Below, piece after piece: positions 31,325 to 40,745 of a DNA stretch of 64,000 nt. Below the pieces are notes generated by a model. That model saw only the letters and a list, made by a program, of their open reading frames with translations, searched no databases and was not told the DNA's origin. Position numbers and translations under genes: made by a program. Numbering within the stretch: the stretch's first letter is position 1; each line of letters starts with the position of its first letter. Source of the stretch: Myxococcota bacterium (GTDB lineage Bacteria > Myxococcota_A > UBA796 > UBA2385); NCBI GenBank assembly GCA_044344255.1, contig JBIJDH010000002.1, positions 263,893 to 327,892 on the forward strand. The letters run 5' to 3'.

Positions 31325-32677
31325 GTGAGCATCTGGAACACGCTCAAGACACACGCCAAGGCGCAGCTCCTCGACGTCATCCAGTGGATGGAAGACGATC
31401 GGAGCACGATCGTCTACCGCTTCCCCGTCTTCAACCAGGCGATCCAGGATGGAGGCAAGCTGGTGGTCCGCGAAGGGCAAGCGGCGGTCTTCGTCAGCGA
31501 AGGCAAGATGTCGGAGGTCTTCGGCCCGGGGACGTACGAGATCTCCTCGCGCACGAAGTCGATCGTCGGCTTCTTCGAGAGCATCAAGTACGGGCTCAAC
31601 TACCCCTACAAGGGTGACATCTTCTTCGTCAGCACGCGCCGCTTCACCGACCAGAAGTGGGGCACGGCCAACCCGATCATGCTGTCGGACCCTCAGATTG
31701 GCCCCGTCCGCATCCGCGCCTTCGGCGTCTACGCCTACCGGGTCTCCGATCCGGCCGCTTTGCTGCGCGAGCTCGTGGGGAACCAGGGGCTCTTCACCAC
31801 CGAAGAGATCAGCGGCCAATTCAAGCGCAAGCTCGTGAGCATGTTCGCCGACGCCGTCGGCGAGTCGAAGATGCCCGTGCTGCAGCTCGCGAGCCAGTAC
31901 TCCGAGATCGGCGACGCGATCCGCGAGAAGATCTCCCCCAAGTTCGAGGCGGACTACGGGTTTCAGCTCGTGGACTTCGTCGTCGAGAACATCTCCCTCC
32001 CCCCGGAGGTGGAGAAGATGCTCGACAAGCGGACGAGCATGGGCCTGATCGGCGACATGGGTGCCTTCACCCAGTTCCAGGCGGCGAACGCCATCGAGGC
32101 CGCGGCGGCCCGCCCGGGCGCCGCCAACCCGATGATGGACGCCGGCATGGGCCTCGCGATGGGCGGCATGATGGGCCAGCAGATGATGAATTCCCAGGCT
32201 CGCCCTGGGCAGTTCAACGCCGCCCCCGCGTACCCCGCCGCGCCGCCGCCGCCCCCGGGCCCCGCGCTGCTCCACTACAACGGGCCGGCCGGGCAGGGGC
32301 AGTTCAGCCCGGCTGACGTCGCCCAGAAGGTGGCCGCGAACCGCGGCGCCCCGCACCACCTCTGGGCGCCGGGCTGGCCGGCTTGGAAGGGCTGGGCCGA
32401 GGTGCCGGAGGTGGTGGCGCTCGTGCCCCCCGCCGCGCCCCCCGCGCCGCCGCCGCCGGGCGCCGCCGCGCTGTGGCACTACCACGGGGCCGAAGGGCAG
32501 CTGGAGCTGCCGGCCGCCGCCATCGCCCAGCGCGTGCTGGCCAACCCCAGCGGCCGCCACCTCGTCTGGAAGGCGGGGCTCCCGGGCTGGCAAGAGGCCA
32601 GCCAGGTGGGCGAGATCATGAGCGCGGGCGTGCCGATGCCGCCGCCGCCGCCGCCGTTCCCGCCGCCCCTCGGCTGA
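31325..32677 (+). CDS. SPFH/band-7 domain protein with two C-terminal DUF4339(GYF-like) modules
   Basis: GTG start after GGAGGGAA. N-terminal SPFH-like domain, then a Pro-rich linker and two repeats of ..LHYNGPAGQGQFSPADVAQKVAANRGAPHHLWAPGWPAWKGWAEVPEV.. / ..WHYHGAEGQLELPAAAIAQRVLANPSGRHLVWKAGLPGWQEASQV.. Confidence 0.8.
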   Translation: MSIWNTLKTHAKAQLLDVIQWMEDDRSTIVYRFPVFNQAIQDGGKLVVREGQAAVFVSEGKMSEVFGPGTYEISSRTKSIVGFFESIKYGLNYPYKGDIFFVSTRRFTDQKWGTANPIMLSDPQIGPVRIRAFGVYAYRVSDPAALLRELVGNQGLFTTEEISGQFKRKLVSMFADAVGESKMPVLQLASQYSEIGDAIREKISPKFEADYGFQLVDFVVENISLPPEVEKMLDKRTSMGLIGDMGAFTQFQAANAIEAAAARPGAANPMMDAGMGLAMGGMMGQQMMNSQARPGQFNAAPAYPAAPPPPPGPALLHYNGPAGQGQFSPADVAQKVAANRGAPHHLWAPGWPAWKGWAEVPEVVALVPPAAPPAPPPPGAAALWHYHGAEGQLELPAAAIAQRVLANPSGRHLVWKAGLPGWQEASQVGEIMSAGVPMPPPPPPFPPPLG

Positions 32678-32684
32678 AGCGGGC

Positions 32685-33974
32685 GTGTCCCGCCAACCCT
32701 GGGACCGCGGCACGGCGCAGGCCCTCCCGTCGAGCGAGGTGACCCACCTGCACCTGCTGCGGCACGGGCGGGTGGACACCGGAGGTCGGCGCCTCGCTTA
32801 CGGGCACGCCGACTACCCGCTCTCGCCGGAGGGGCGGGCGCAAGGGGAGGCCCTGGTCGGGCTGGTGGAGCGGGAGATCCAGGGGGCGGACGGGGTGATC
32901 TCGTCGGACCTCTCCCGTTGTACGGAGGTGGCCCGCCCGCTCGCCGAGCGGCTGGGCTTGCCGCTGCTCGTCACCCCAGCGCTGCGAGAGCAGGCGATGG
33001 GGAGCTGGGAGGGCCGGAGCTGGGAGGACCTCACCGCCGAAGATGTGAGCGGAGTGCGCGCCTTCTGGAGTGACTACGCGCGCGCGCGGCCGCCGGGCGG
33101 CGAGAACCTCGAAGACCTCGAGCGCCGGGTCGATGCCTTCTTTGAAGAGCGCTGGGCCGACCTGCGGGGCCGCCGCTGGCTCGTGGTGGCGCATGTGGGC
33201 GTCATCCGCGTGATCCTCACGCGCCAGCTCGGGCTGCCCGTGGGGGAGGCGCTGCGCTTCACGCCGCTCCCTGGCACCCACACCTGGCTCCTGCTCGCAG
33301 AGGCAGGGGCGGTGCTCCAAGTGCTCGGGGAGCGGCCGCGCCCGATGGACGCTGGGGCGGCGGGGGAGCCGCGCCGCGCCTCGGTGATCGCGCCGCGAGG
33401 GGCTCGCCCTCGGGTCGCCCTCTCCGGGAGCGCCGGCACGGGCAAGACCACCCTCGCGATGGCCCTCGCGCAGCACCTCGACCTGCCCTACATCCCCGAG
33501 GGGATGCGGCGCCGCATCGAGGGGGGGCTCGACCTGCACGCCCTCGATCACGGCGGGCTCCGTCGGCTGGTCCTGGCGCTCTGGGAGGAGCAGGTGGAAG
33601 CCGAGGAGGCCTGCCTCCGCGACCACGGCGGCTTCGTCTCAGACCGCTCCCCCCTTGACTATGCGGCGTTCTGGCTGCTCTACCGCTTCACGGATGACAC
33701 GACCGCGACGGAGCGGCTGTTCGAGGCGGTGGCCGAGCGGCTCGACCGGCTCGACCGCGTCGTGCTCCTCCCCTGGGGGGTGCTGCCGCTCCAAGCCGAC
33801 GGGGTTCGGTCCACGAACCCTTGGGTGCAGCGGCACTTTCAAGCCTTGGTGGAGGGCCTGCTCCAGCGGCAGCTCGATCCCCGCCGCCTCGCGTCGCTGC
33901 CCGACTTGCAGAGCCTCGACCACCGCCTCGCCTGGGTGATCGACCACCTCGAGGAGGCCGGCACCCGGGGATGA
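32685..33974 (+). CDS. histidine phosphatase (PGAM-like) domain fused to P-loop AAA_28/NadR-like ATPase domain
   Basis: N-terminal ..THLHLLRHGRV.. (RHG phosphatase motif). C-terminal ..LSGSAGTGKTTLAMAL.. Walker A with NadR/RNK-like context. GTG start. An alternative GTG lies at 32739. Confidence 0.7.
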   Translation: MSRQPWDRGTAQALPSSEVTHLHLLRHGRVDTGGRRLAYGHADYPLSPEGRAQGEALVGLVEREIQGADGVISSDLSRCTEVARPLAERLGLPLLVTPALREQAMGSWEGRSWEDLTAEDVSGVRAFWSDYARARPPGGENLEDLERRVDAFFEERWADLRGRRWLVVAHVGVIRVILTRQLGLPVGEALRFTPLPGTHTWLLLAEAGAVLQVLGERPRPMDAGAAGEPRRASVIAPRGARPRVALSGSAGTGKTTLAMALAQHLDLPYIPEGMRRRIEGGLDLHALDHGGLRRLVLALWEEQVEAEEACLRDHGGFVSDRSPLDYAAFWLLYRFTDDTTATERLFEAVAERLDRLDRVVLLPWGVLPLQADGVRSTNPWVQRHFQALVEGLLQRQLDPRRLASLPDLQSLDHRLAWVIDHLEEAGTRG

Positions 33975-33991
33975 GGACGGCCGCCACAGGC

Positions 33992-35266
33992 TCAGCGCGC
34001 GTGCGCCCCGCGGGGGCGGAGGGGGAAGCGCAGCCAGGTGATCATCGCGGCGATGATCGCGGCCACAGCGACGCCGATGAAGACCTGGCGGAGCCCGGCC
34101 TCGAGGTTCGGGACGCCGGAGAAGTCGGCGGCGCCGGGGCGGATGCCCGCGAGCCAGCCGAAGGCCGGGCCGGCGATCGAGGCCCCGACGGTGCGGAAGA
34201 AGAGGCCGAGCGACGTGGCGAGGCCCCGCAGATCGGGGGGCGCGTACTCTTGGGCGGAGACCGTGAAGGACGCGATGGTCGCCCCCATGCCCAGGCCGAA
34301 GAGGATGAGGCCGAGCCGGCTCGCGGTGTCGAAGGCGGCGAGGGAGGCGCCGAGGGCAACGATCAAGGTGCCGGCCCACACGATGGGCCCGAAGCCGGTG
34401 CGGCGGACCAGCCGGCCGGCGACGTTGGAGGCGAGGGTCCAGGCGACCGACAGGGGGATGACCGCCAGGCCGGCGTCCATCGGGCTGCCGCCGTGGACGG
34501 CTTGGATCCAGAGCGGGAGGTACCCGATGACGCCGAAGAGGCCGGCGCCGAGCGCGATCCCGGCCAGGGCGATCGTCTGCTGGACCGGGCTCTGGTAGAG
34601 GCGGCGGAGCGCGCCGGGCCCGCCCGACTCGCCCGACTCAACCGAGGCGGCGACGCTCGGCCCGCGACGGGGCAGGTAGAGGGCGACCAGGGCGCCGGTA
34701 AGGAGACAGAACGGTAGATTCAACCAGAAGATCCACCGCCAACCGAGGCTCGCCGTCACCCATCCGCCCGTGGCCGGCCCGACCAGGGAGGAGAGCCCCC
34801 AGACGAGGGAGAAGAGCCCTTGCATCCGGGTCCGCTGCTCAATTGGGTAGAGGTCGCCGAAGATCGTGATCGGCAGCGGGACGAGGGCCCCCGCGCCGAG
34901 GCCCTGGGCGGCCCGGCCGAGGAGCAGCGCCTCCATCGAGCCCGCGGCGCCGCAGAGCAGCGTGCCGAAGGCGAAGAGGCCGAGGCCGACGAGGTAGGTG
35001 TCGCGGCGGCCCCAGCGGTCGGAGAGGCGACCGTAGGCCGGCATCGTCACGGTCTCGACGGCCATGTAGGCGGTGAAGACCCATGGGTAGAGGCCCGCTC
35101 CGCCGAGGTCGCCCACCACCGAGGGCATGGCGGGGCTCACCACCATCACCTCGAGGCTGGCGATGAAGGTGCCGAGCAGCACCGCGCCGGTCACGAGCCG
35201 GCGGTGGGCGGCGGGTAGGGAGGTGAGGGGAGCGGAGGCGGGCGCGGGCACCGGCGCGGAGGACAT
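33992..35266 (-). CDS. MFS transporter
   Basis: 424 aa, 12 predicted TM segments, MFS motif ..GRLSDRWGRR.. Confidence 0.88.
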   Translation of the reverse strand: MSSAPVPAPASAPLTSLPAAHRRLVTGAVLLGTFIASLEVMVVSPAMPSVVGDLGGAGLYPWVFTAYMAVETVTMPAYGRLSDRWGRRDTYLVGLGLFAFGTLLCGAAGSMEALLLGRAAQGLGAGALVPLPITIFGDLYPIEQRTRMQGLFSLVWGLSSLVGPATGGWVTASLGWRWIFWLNLPFCLLTGALVALYLPRRGPSVAASVESGESGGPGALRRLYQSPVQQTIALAGIALGAGLFGVIGYLPLWIQAVHGGSPMDAGLAVIPLSVAWTLASNVAGRLVRRTGFGPIVWAGTLIVALGASLAAFDTASRLGLILFGLGMGATIASFTVSAQEYAPPDLRGLATSLGLFFRTVGASIAGPAFGWLAGIRPGAADFSGVPNLEAGLRQVFIGVAVAAIIAAMITWLRFPLRPRGAHAR

Positions 35267-35322
35267 GCGGGCCCGGCTACCTCGCTGCGCTCACGCTGTC
35301 GGCCTGGGACCCAGGCGGCCGC

Positions 35323-35793
35323 TCACTTGGCGGCGAGCAGCTCGGCGGAGGAGAGCGAGACCTCGAGGGCCTGCTGGCGACAGCGGGGCAGGCGGGCGCA
35401 GCGGAGGCACTGCCGGTCGCGCTTCTCGGGGAGGTCTGCGAGAGAGCGACGCTCGAAGCCCACGCCCTCGTAGAGGGCCGGGTCGTCGGTGAGCACGAAG
35501 GCGCGGTCGACGCCCATCGCGCGGGCCTCGTCCAGAACATTGAGCAGCAGCGTCTGCTCGACGTCGGTGCGGTGCGCGGCGAGGGCGCCCACCTCCGCCA
35601 GGTAGGTGTCGACCAGCGAGACCGACGCCACGCCCACGACCACACCATCCTCGATGGCCAGCGTGTAGTCGCGCAGACGCTCGACGATCTGCCGGGCCGT
35701 GCGGGGGAGCAGGCGGAGCGACAGGACGTGGGGCTCGAGCAACGCCACGATGGACGGGACGTCGGCGACGGTGGGCTTGCGGAGATAGTGCAT
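35323..35793 (-). CDS. GNAT family N-acetyltransferase
   Basis: 156 aa. Acetyl-CoA-binding-like ..VVGVASVSL.. / ..RAMGVDRAFVLTD.. pattern. Confidence 0.75.
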   Translation of the reverse strand: MHYLRKPTVADVPSIVALLEPHVLSLRLLPRTARQIVERLRDYTLAIEDGVVVGVASVSLVDTYLAEVGALAAHRTDVEQTLLLNVLDEARAMGVDRAFVLTDDPALYEGVGFERRSLADLPEKRDRQCLRCARLPRCRQQALEVSLSSAELLAAK

Positions 35794-35901
35794 GGGCGTC
35801 CCTCAGACCCCATCTTTATGCACCGAAATGAATGAATTTGCAAGGTCTGGGGGTATTTCGGGCCAACAAAGCTGATTAGATACGCTTCATTGGTCGCAAT
35901 T
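35794..35901 (-). promoter_or_regulatory. AT-rich intergenic island (putative promoter region of the GNAT gene)
   Basis: ..caccgaaatgaatgaatttgcaaggtctgggggtatttcgggccaacaaagctgattagatacgcttcattggtcgcaatttcatatacc.. stands out sharply against the GC-rich surroundings. Confidence 0.4.
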
Positions 35902-37257
35902 TCATATACCGTCGCCCTCGTCGCCAGCGGGCGATCGGCCGCTGACCCTCCGCTCGAGCCGGCGGGCCCCGCGGTGCGCGAGGGAGAGCAGGCGCCAGGT
36001 GGGGCTCGCGCGCCAGCGGGAGCGCTCGTCTCGAAGGCGTGCGATCTCGATGAGCAGTGGATCTTCATCGAGGATCGCCGCACGGTGTGGGGCCTCGATC
36101 CAGGCCCGCAGCGGCGCCAGCAGCGGCTGAGGCGCGTAGCGGCGCTCGAAGTGGGCGGCGGCCGCGGCGGCTGAGCCGGGCCCCGCGGCGTCGGCGCGCT
36201 GGAGCAGGGCGTCGCGGAGGGCCAATGGATCGCGGGGGGGCACGACGATCAAGTGCGGCGCTGCGTCATCGACGAGCTCGGTCAGGCCGGTGGTGAGCCC
36301 GTCGAGGCCGAGCCAAGCGAAGAGCAGCAAGCGGGTCCGGCTGCCGAGGCGCGGCTCGGGGCCCGGCCGGTCGAGCGAGAGGCCGACGTGGGCGCGGCCG
36401 AGCAGGCCCGGCAGGGCGGCGTTGCTCACCCATGGCTGGAGCTCGACCCTCCCTGGCCAGCGGGCGGCCCAGCGGCTGAAGCGCGCCCAGCGGTCGCCGC
36501 TGAGGCCGGGCACCGGCCCGCCGAGGGCGAGCAGGGAGATGCGGCGGTCCGCTGCGAGCGCGTGATCGAGGCCCTCGATGAGGGTCTCGTCGTCGAACCA
36601 GGGGTTCATGGCCCCGGCGAGCGCGAGGCAGAGCGGGTCTCCGGGGTGGCGCGGGCGGGGAGGGAGCCGAGGGTGAGGGAAGTCGAAGGCGATGGGGACG
36701 CTGTGGACGCCCACCTGCGGCCCTGCGAGCCCGCGCCGCCCGACCGCCCCCAGCGCCCCCAGCGCCGCGTCGGCCTGGCGGGTCGACACGGTGGAGATCG
36801 CATCGGCGCGCCGATACACGAGGAGGGCGGCGGAGGCGGCGGCCGCCCTGCGCTCGGTCGAGAGGGGGCCGTGGTCGGCCAGGGCCTGCAGCTCGGCGAA
36901 AGGATCACCCGGGAGGTCGGCCCAGACAGGCCGGCCGTCGGCGACGAGGCAGGCGAGGCGGCCGGGGTTGTACGGCCCGGCTGACACGATGACGTCGGCC
37001 CCCTCGGCGGCGGCGCGGCCCTGCTCGATCCAGCCCGGCCCCTCCTCCACGATCTCGAGGGTGCCCTCCCACCCACGGAGGGGGGGGCCTTGGCGCTCGC
37101 CGAGCAGGAGGGTGCGGAGCGCGCACACCCCTACGCCGTGGCCCACCGTCCGGAGCCCAGCCTCGAAGTGCGCAGTTCGAAGCTGGGCGAAGCCCGTGTG
37201 GCGCTCGTCTTGTCCTGGGCGCGGGCCGCGGCCGATCAGCAACACCCGCCGCGTCAC
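35902..37257 (-). CDS. hypothetical protein (glycosyltransferase-like, weak)
   Basis: 451 aa, immediately downstream of the Wzt-like ABC ATPase on the same strand. No decisive motif visible. Confidence 0.45.
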   Translation of the reverse strand: MTRRVLLIGRGPRPGQDERHTGFAQLRTAHFEAGLRTVGHGVGVCALRTLLLGERQGPPLRGWEGTLEIVEEGPGWIEQGRAAAEGADVIVSAGPYNPGRLACLVADGRPVWADLPGDPFAELQALADHGPLSTERRAAAASAALLVYRRADAISTVSTRQADAALGALGAVGRRGLAGPQVGVHSVPIAFDFPHPRLPPRPRHPGDPLCLALAGAMNPWFDDETLIEGLDHALAADRRISLLALGGPVPGLSGDRWARFSRWAARWPGRVELQPWVSNAALPGLLGRAHVGLSLDRPGPEPRLGSRTRLLLFAWLGLDGLTTGLTELVDDAAPHLIVVPPRDPLALRDALLQRADAAGPGSAAAAAAHFERRYAPQPLLAPLRAWIEAPHRAAILDEDPLLIEIARLRDERSRWRASPTWRLLSLAHRGARRLERRVSGRSPAGDEGDGI

Positions 37258-37276
37258 GGGAGCCCCGCGCGCCTGC

Positions 37277-38710
37277 TCATGCGTCGCCCTTGACGTGGGC
37301 GATCAGGCCCCAGGCGTGGTCGAGCAGGACGGTGCCGTGGTCCTCCACCTCGGCCACGACCTCGAAGTCGTAGAGCTGGTTGTGCCAGACATGGGGCTTG
37401 AGGTGCCCCTTGTCGAAGACCGCGACGCTCAGGCGATAGCGCCCGCTGAGCAGCGGGAGGCGGCGCCAGCGGATGAAGAAGGTGTAGATCCCGTGGTAGG
37501 TGCCGCCCAGCACTCGGTCGTAGCGGGAGTTGGGCCCGTGGATGTACACCCCGTCCGAGCGGAAGAGGGCCACGCCGAAGATGGGGTCCGGCACGGGCTC
37601 CGTGGTGCGGAAGGTGACGGCCACCACGAGATCGTCGCCGGTGCGGAAGCGCTGGCGGGGCCGGGCATCGCCGTCCAGCACCTGCACCCGGTGGATGCGG
37701 ACCTCGCCGGAGCCCTGGACGACGGGCACGTCGCCGTCGGTGACGTCGTAGGGGGTGGTCTCGACGGACTCCGCCCACATCGCCTCCGCGTCGGGGAGCG
37801 CCGTGGCCTCGAGGATCGCGGCCTTGAGGACGGGGTCGTCCACGGTGGCGGTGAAGGCGACGGGCGCGATCGAACGCGGCGCCGCGGCGGGCATCGGGTG
37901 GAGGCGGCGGAGGCTTGGGCCGGCGGCGCGCTCCCGCTCGATGTCCATGTACCGATCGACCACCTCGCGGGCCGGGCCGAGGGCCCGCACCTTCCCGCCG
38001 TCGAGCCAGAGGGCCTCGTCGCAGAGGTTTCGCACCGAGTGGAGGTCGTGGCTGACGAGGATGATGGTGCGGCCCGCGGTGAGGAACTCCTCGATCTTGC
38101 GGATGCAGCGGCGCTGGAAGTACTGGTCGCCGACCGCGAGCACCTCGTCGACCAGGAAGACGTCGCTGTCGCTGTGGGCGGCGATGGCGAAGCCGAGGCG
38201 GAGGTTCATGCCTGCGGAGTAGGTGCGCACCGGGTAGTCGATGAAGTCACCGAGCTCGGCGAATTGGATGATGGCGGGGATGCGGTCATCGATCGCGTCC
38301 TCGGGCATGCCGAGCAGCGAGCAGTTGAGCCGGATGTTCTCCCGCCCCGTGAAGTCCTGGTGGAAGCCGAGGCCGAGGTCGAGGAGGGTCGAGAGGGTGG
38401 CGCGGATCTCCAGCCAGCCCTCGGACGGCCTTGTGATGCCGCCGATCAGCTTGAGGAGCGTCGACTTCCCGGCGCCGTTGGGCCCGATGACGCCGAAGCT
38501 CCGCCCTCGTCGGACATCGAAGTTGACATCTCGCAACGCCCAATGTTCGGAGTGGTGGCTGCGGTTGCCGAGGAATTCGTAGAGCCTGCCTCGGTCGTTC
38601 CGGTAGATGTCGAAGCGCTTGCCGAGGTCTCGGGCGGCGACCACCACCTCGGTGTCGTGCTCGTCGCCGGGCTCTTCGATGCTGGAGGGGGGCGCGGGGG
38701 AGCTGCTCAT
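37277..38710 (-). CDS. ABC transporter ATP-binding protein, Wzt/TagH-like (polysaccharide export type) with C-terminal beta-rich extension
   Basis: Walker A GPNGAGKSTLL, signature YSAGMNLRLGFA, Walker B VFLVDEVLAVGD. About 200 aa of C-terminal extension, as in Wzt O-antigen-binding domains. Start at Met 38 of the track ORF. Confidence 0.85.
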   Translation of the reverse strand: MSSSPAPPSSIEEPGDEHDTEVVVAARDLGKRFDIYRNDRGRLYEFLGNRSHHSEHWALRDVNFDVRRGRSFGVIGPNGAGKSTLLKLIGGITRPSEGWLEIRATLSTLLDLGLGFHQDFTGRENIRLNCSLLGMPEDAIDDRIPAIIQFAELGDFIDYPVRTYSAGMNLRLGFAIAAHSDSDVFLVDEVLAVGDQYFQRRCIRKIEEFLTAGRTIILVSHDLHSVRNLCDEALWLDGGKVRALGPAREVVDRYMDIERERAAGPSLRRLHPMPAAAPRSIAPVAFTATVDDPVLKAAILEATALPDAEAMWAESVETTPYDVTDGDVPVVQGSGEVRIHRVQVLDGDARPRQRFRTGDDLVVAVTFRTTEPVPDPIFGVALFRSDGVYIHGPNSRYDRVLGGTYHGIYTFFIRWRRLPLLSGRYRLSVAVFDKGHLKPHVWHNQLYDFEVVAEVEDHGTVLLDHAWGLIAHVKGDA

Positions 38711-38759
38711 CGCCCGCGCATCGTACCATCCCAGCGACGGCGGTGCTAAGCTGCGCCGC

Positions 38760-39419
38760 ATGTTGCCCACCCGTCGTGCTCCCGTCGCCGCCGCGGCCCT
38801 CCGCTTGGGGGGCGCGCTCATCGGGGTTGCTCACGTGGGGGTCGCTCTCGTGGGGGTCGGCTGCGTCGATCCGATAGACGAGGTGCCCATTGTCGCCCAG
38901 TCCTGGTGCGCCGAACAGCGGGTCGAGCGGGTCGCCTGCGTCCTCGACGGCGACACCTTTGACTTCGGCACCTGCACGGGCAACGAAGACGACAAGGTGC
39001 GGATGCTCGGGGTGGACGCCCCAGAGATCTCGCACAATTCCACTGAGGTGGCCGACTGTTACGGCGACGAGTCGGCCGAATTCATGACCGAGATTGTAAA
39101 TGGTCGCGATGTCGAGCTGCAGTTCGACGTTGAGTGCACCGATATCTATGGTCGCAACCTCGCTTGGGTCATGCTCAAGGGGGATCAGGGCGACCCCCTG
39201 TACGAGACGTTGGTGAGCCTCAACGGCCTCGGCATCCAGACAGACGGCACCTTCGAGGTGCTGGCCAACGAGCTGTCGGTCCGCCTCGGCTACTCCACCG
39301 TCTTCGAGGGGGACATCGCCGAGAACGTCCGCTATGCGACCCGAATGGACGAAGCGATGGCCCTGGCTGAGGCGGAGCTCCGTGGGCTGTGGTCCCCCGA
39401 GACCTGTGACGGCCCTTGA
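38760..39419 (+). CDS. secreted thermonuclease (SNase-like)
   Basis: Signal/lipoprotein-like N-terminus (LGGALIGVAHVGVALVGVGC). SNase fold motifs ..VLDGDTFDF.. and ..VRMLGVDAPE... Start at Met 52 of the track ORF. Confidence 0.78.
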   Translation: MLPTRRAPVAAAALRLGGALIGVAHVGVALVGVGCVDPIDEVPIVAQSWCAEQRVERVACVLDGDTFDFGTCTGNEDDKVRMLGVDAPEISHNSTEVADCYGDESAEFMTEIVNGRDVELQFDVECTDIYGRNLAWVMLKGDQGDPLYETLVSLNGLGIQTDGTFEVLANELSVRLGYSTVFEGDIAENVRYATRMDEAMALAEAELRGLWSPETCDGP

Positions 39420-40255
39420 TGAGCTCAAACTTCCAGGCCAGCGGCCTCTTGGATGCTCTCGAGGCCGTCTTTCGGTGGCGTCAAGAGCAGGAGTCGGAGC
39501 TCCGTAACGGCAGCGTCCGCTTGCTGGACGAGGAGCGCCAGCTCCACCGTCAGCTGGAGGAGGTCGCTCGCCAGATCGAGGAGATCCGCGGGCGCAGCCA
39601 GGCCCTCGAGGACCGCCTCACCGCCCTCGACGAAGAGGAGGCCGAGCGGGCCCGCGTCGCGGTGGGGGAGGGCCTTCTCGCCGACCGGCAGCTGATCATC
39701 GACCGCGCCGGCCGCCTGCAGCGGGCTCGCGCCGCGAACGCCACCCGAAACCGAACGTCGCTGGCCGGCAGCGCCCAGGTCGCGCTGATTGACGTCGACC
39801 TCTCGCCGATCACCGTCGTCGCGGGCATCGAGCGCTCCCTGGAGGGCACGATGGCGCTGGAGATCGTGGTGCCGGTCCCGTTTACGGTCTACTCGCATTG
39901 GAAACAGCACAGCGATGACCTCTGCGCGCGCTTCGCGTGGCGGATGGTCGGTGCGATGACACACACCCTCGCGGCGACGGGCCTCTCGGACGCTCCGGTG
40001 CGCTTCGCCGATCGATCGGGCTGCCTCTCGGTCCAAGTCTGGGTTGGCGGACGAGTCGAAGAGCAGCCGCTGCGAGATGCTCTCTCGTCGATCTTCGATC
40101 ATGTCTATGACGCCGCGGCCGAGCTCCGCGAGGCTGGGCTTGAGCTCCACGCGGCCTGGCTCGACCCCGACATCCTCGCCCCGCGGGAGGTGAGAGCGCA
40201 GGACCTGAGAGAGAAGGCCTTGAGCACGAGGGAGGCCCGCCGTGGTGGCGACTGA
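39416..40255 (+). CDS. hypothetical protein (coiled-coil N-terminus)
   Basis: ATG overlaps the nuclease stop (TGATG). 279 aa. No known motif. Confidence 0.55.
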   Translation: MMSSNFQASGLLDALEAVFRWRQEQESELRNGSVRLLDEERQLHRQLEEVARQIEEIRGRSQALEDRLTALDEEEAERARVAVGEGLLADRQLIIDRAGRLQRARAANATRNRTSLAGSAQVALIDVDLSPITVVAGIERSLEGTMALEIVVPVPFTVYSHWKQHSDDLCARFAWRMVGAMTHTLAATGLSDAPVRFADRSGCLSVQVWVGGRVEEQPLRDALSSIFDHVYDAAAELREAGLELHAAWLDPDILAPREVRAQDLREKALSTREARRGGD

Positions 40256-40745
40256 AGATACAGAGCGTCGCCTCGTCTGCGACGTCGCGGCCGAATTGGA
40301 GCTGCACCCCTTTGATCTCGTCCGGGCGGCGACCAACATCGGCGTCATGGGCCCCTCGTTCACCTTCGGGGAGGAGGAGCTCCGGAGCCTCATCGCCGAG
40401 CTTGGGATCGAGCCGTGGTGGGCTGCGGACGAGGCCGCGGCGTGGCCGACCACCGAGCCCGAGCGTGGCGTCGCGCTCGGGCGCGCCCTGGCGTGGAAGC
40501 TGGTCGCGCTGAAGCCCACAGAGTCGCAGCCCACTCGTGCCGACAACCTGTACCGAGGGGTCGGATCAGACGACAGGCGCCGCCTCCGCAAGCTGATCAA
40601 CGACCTGATCCGCCACGGGGTGCTGTCCAGCATGGCCACCCCGCGCGGGATAGAGGTTTTCCTGCGCTCGGAGGGGCTGGATTTGCTGGAGCAGCTGGCC
40701 GATGAGGCGTCCCCTCCGGAACTCTTCGCGGAGCTCGGCCGATGA
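40242..40745 (+). CDS. hypothetical protein
   Basis: 167 aa. Overlaps the upstream gene by 14 nt and the downstream gene by 4 nt (operon context). Confidence 0.5.
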   Translation: MVATEDTERRLVCDVAAELELHPFDLVRAATNIGVMGPSFTFGEEELRSLIAELGIEPWWAADEAAAWPTTEPERGVALGRALAWKLVALKPTESQPTRADNLYRGVGSDDRRRLRKLINDLIRHGVLSSMATPRGIEVFLRSEGLDLLEQLADEASPPELFAELGR

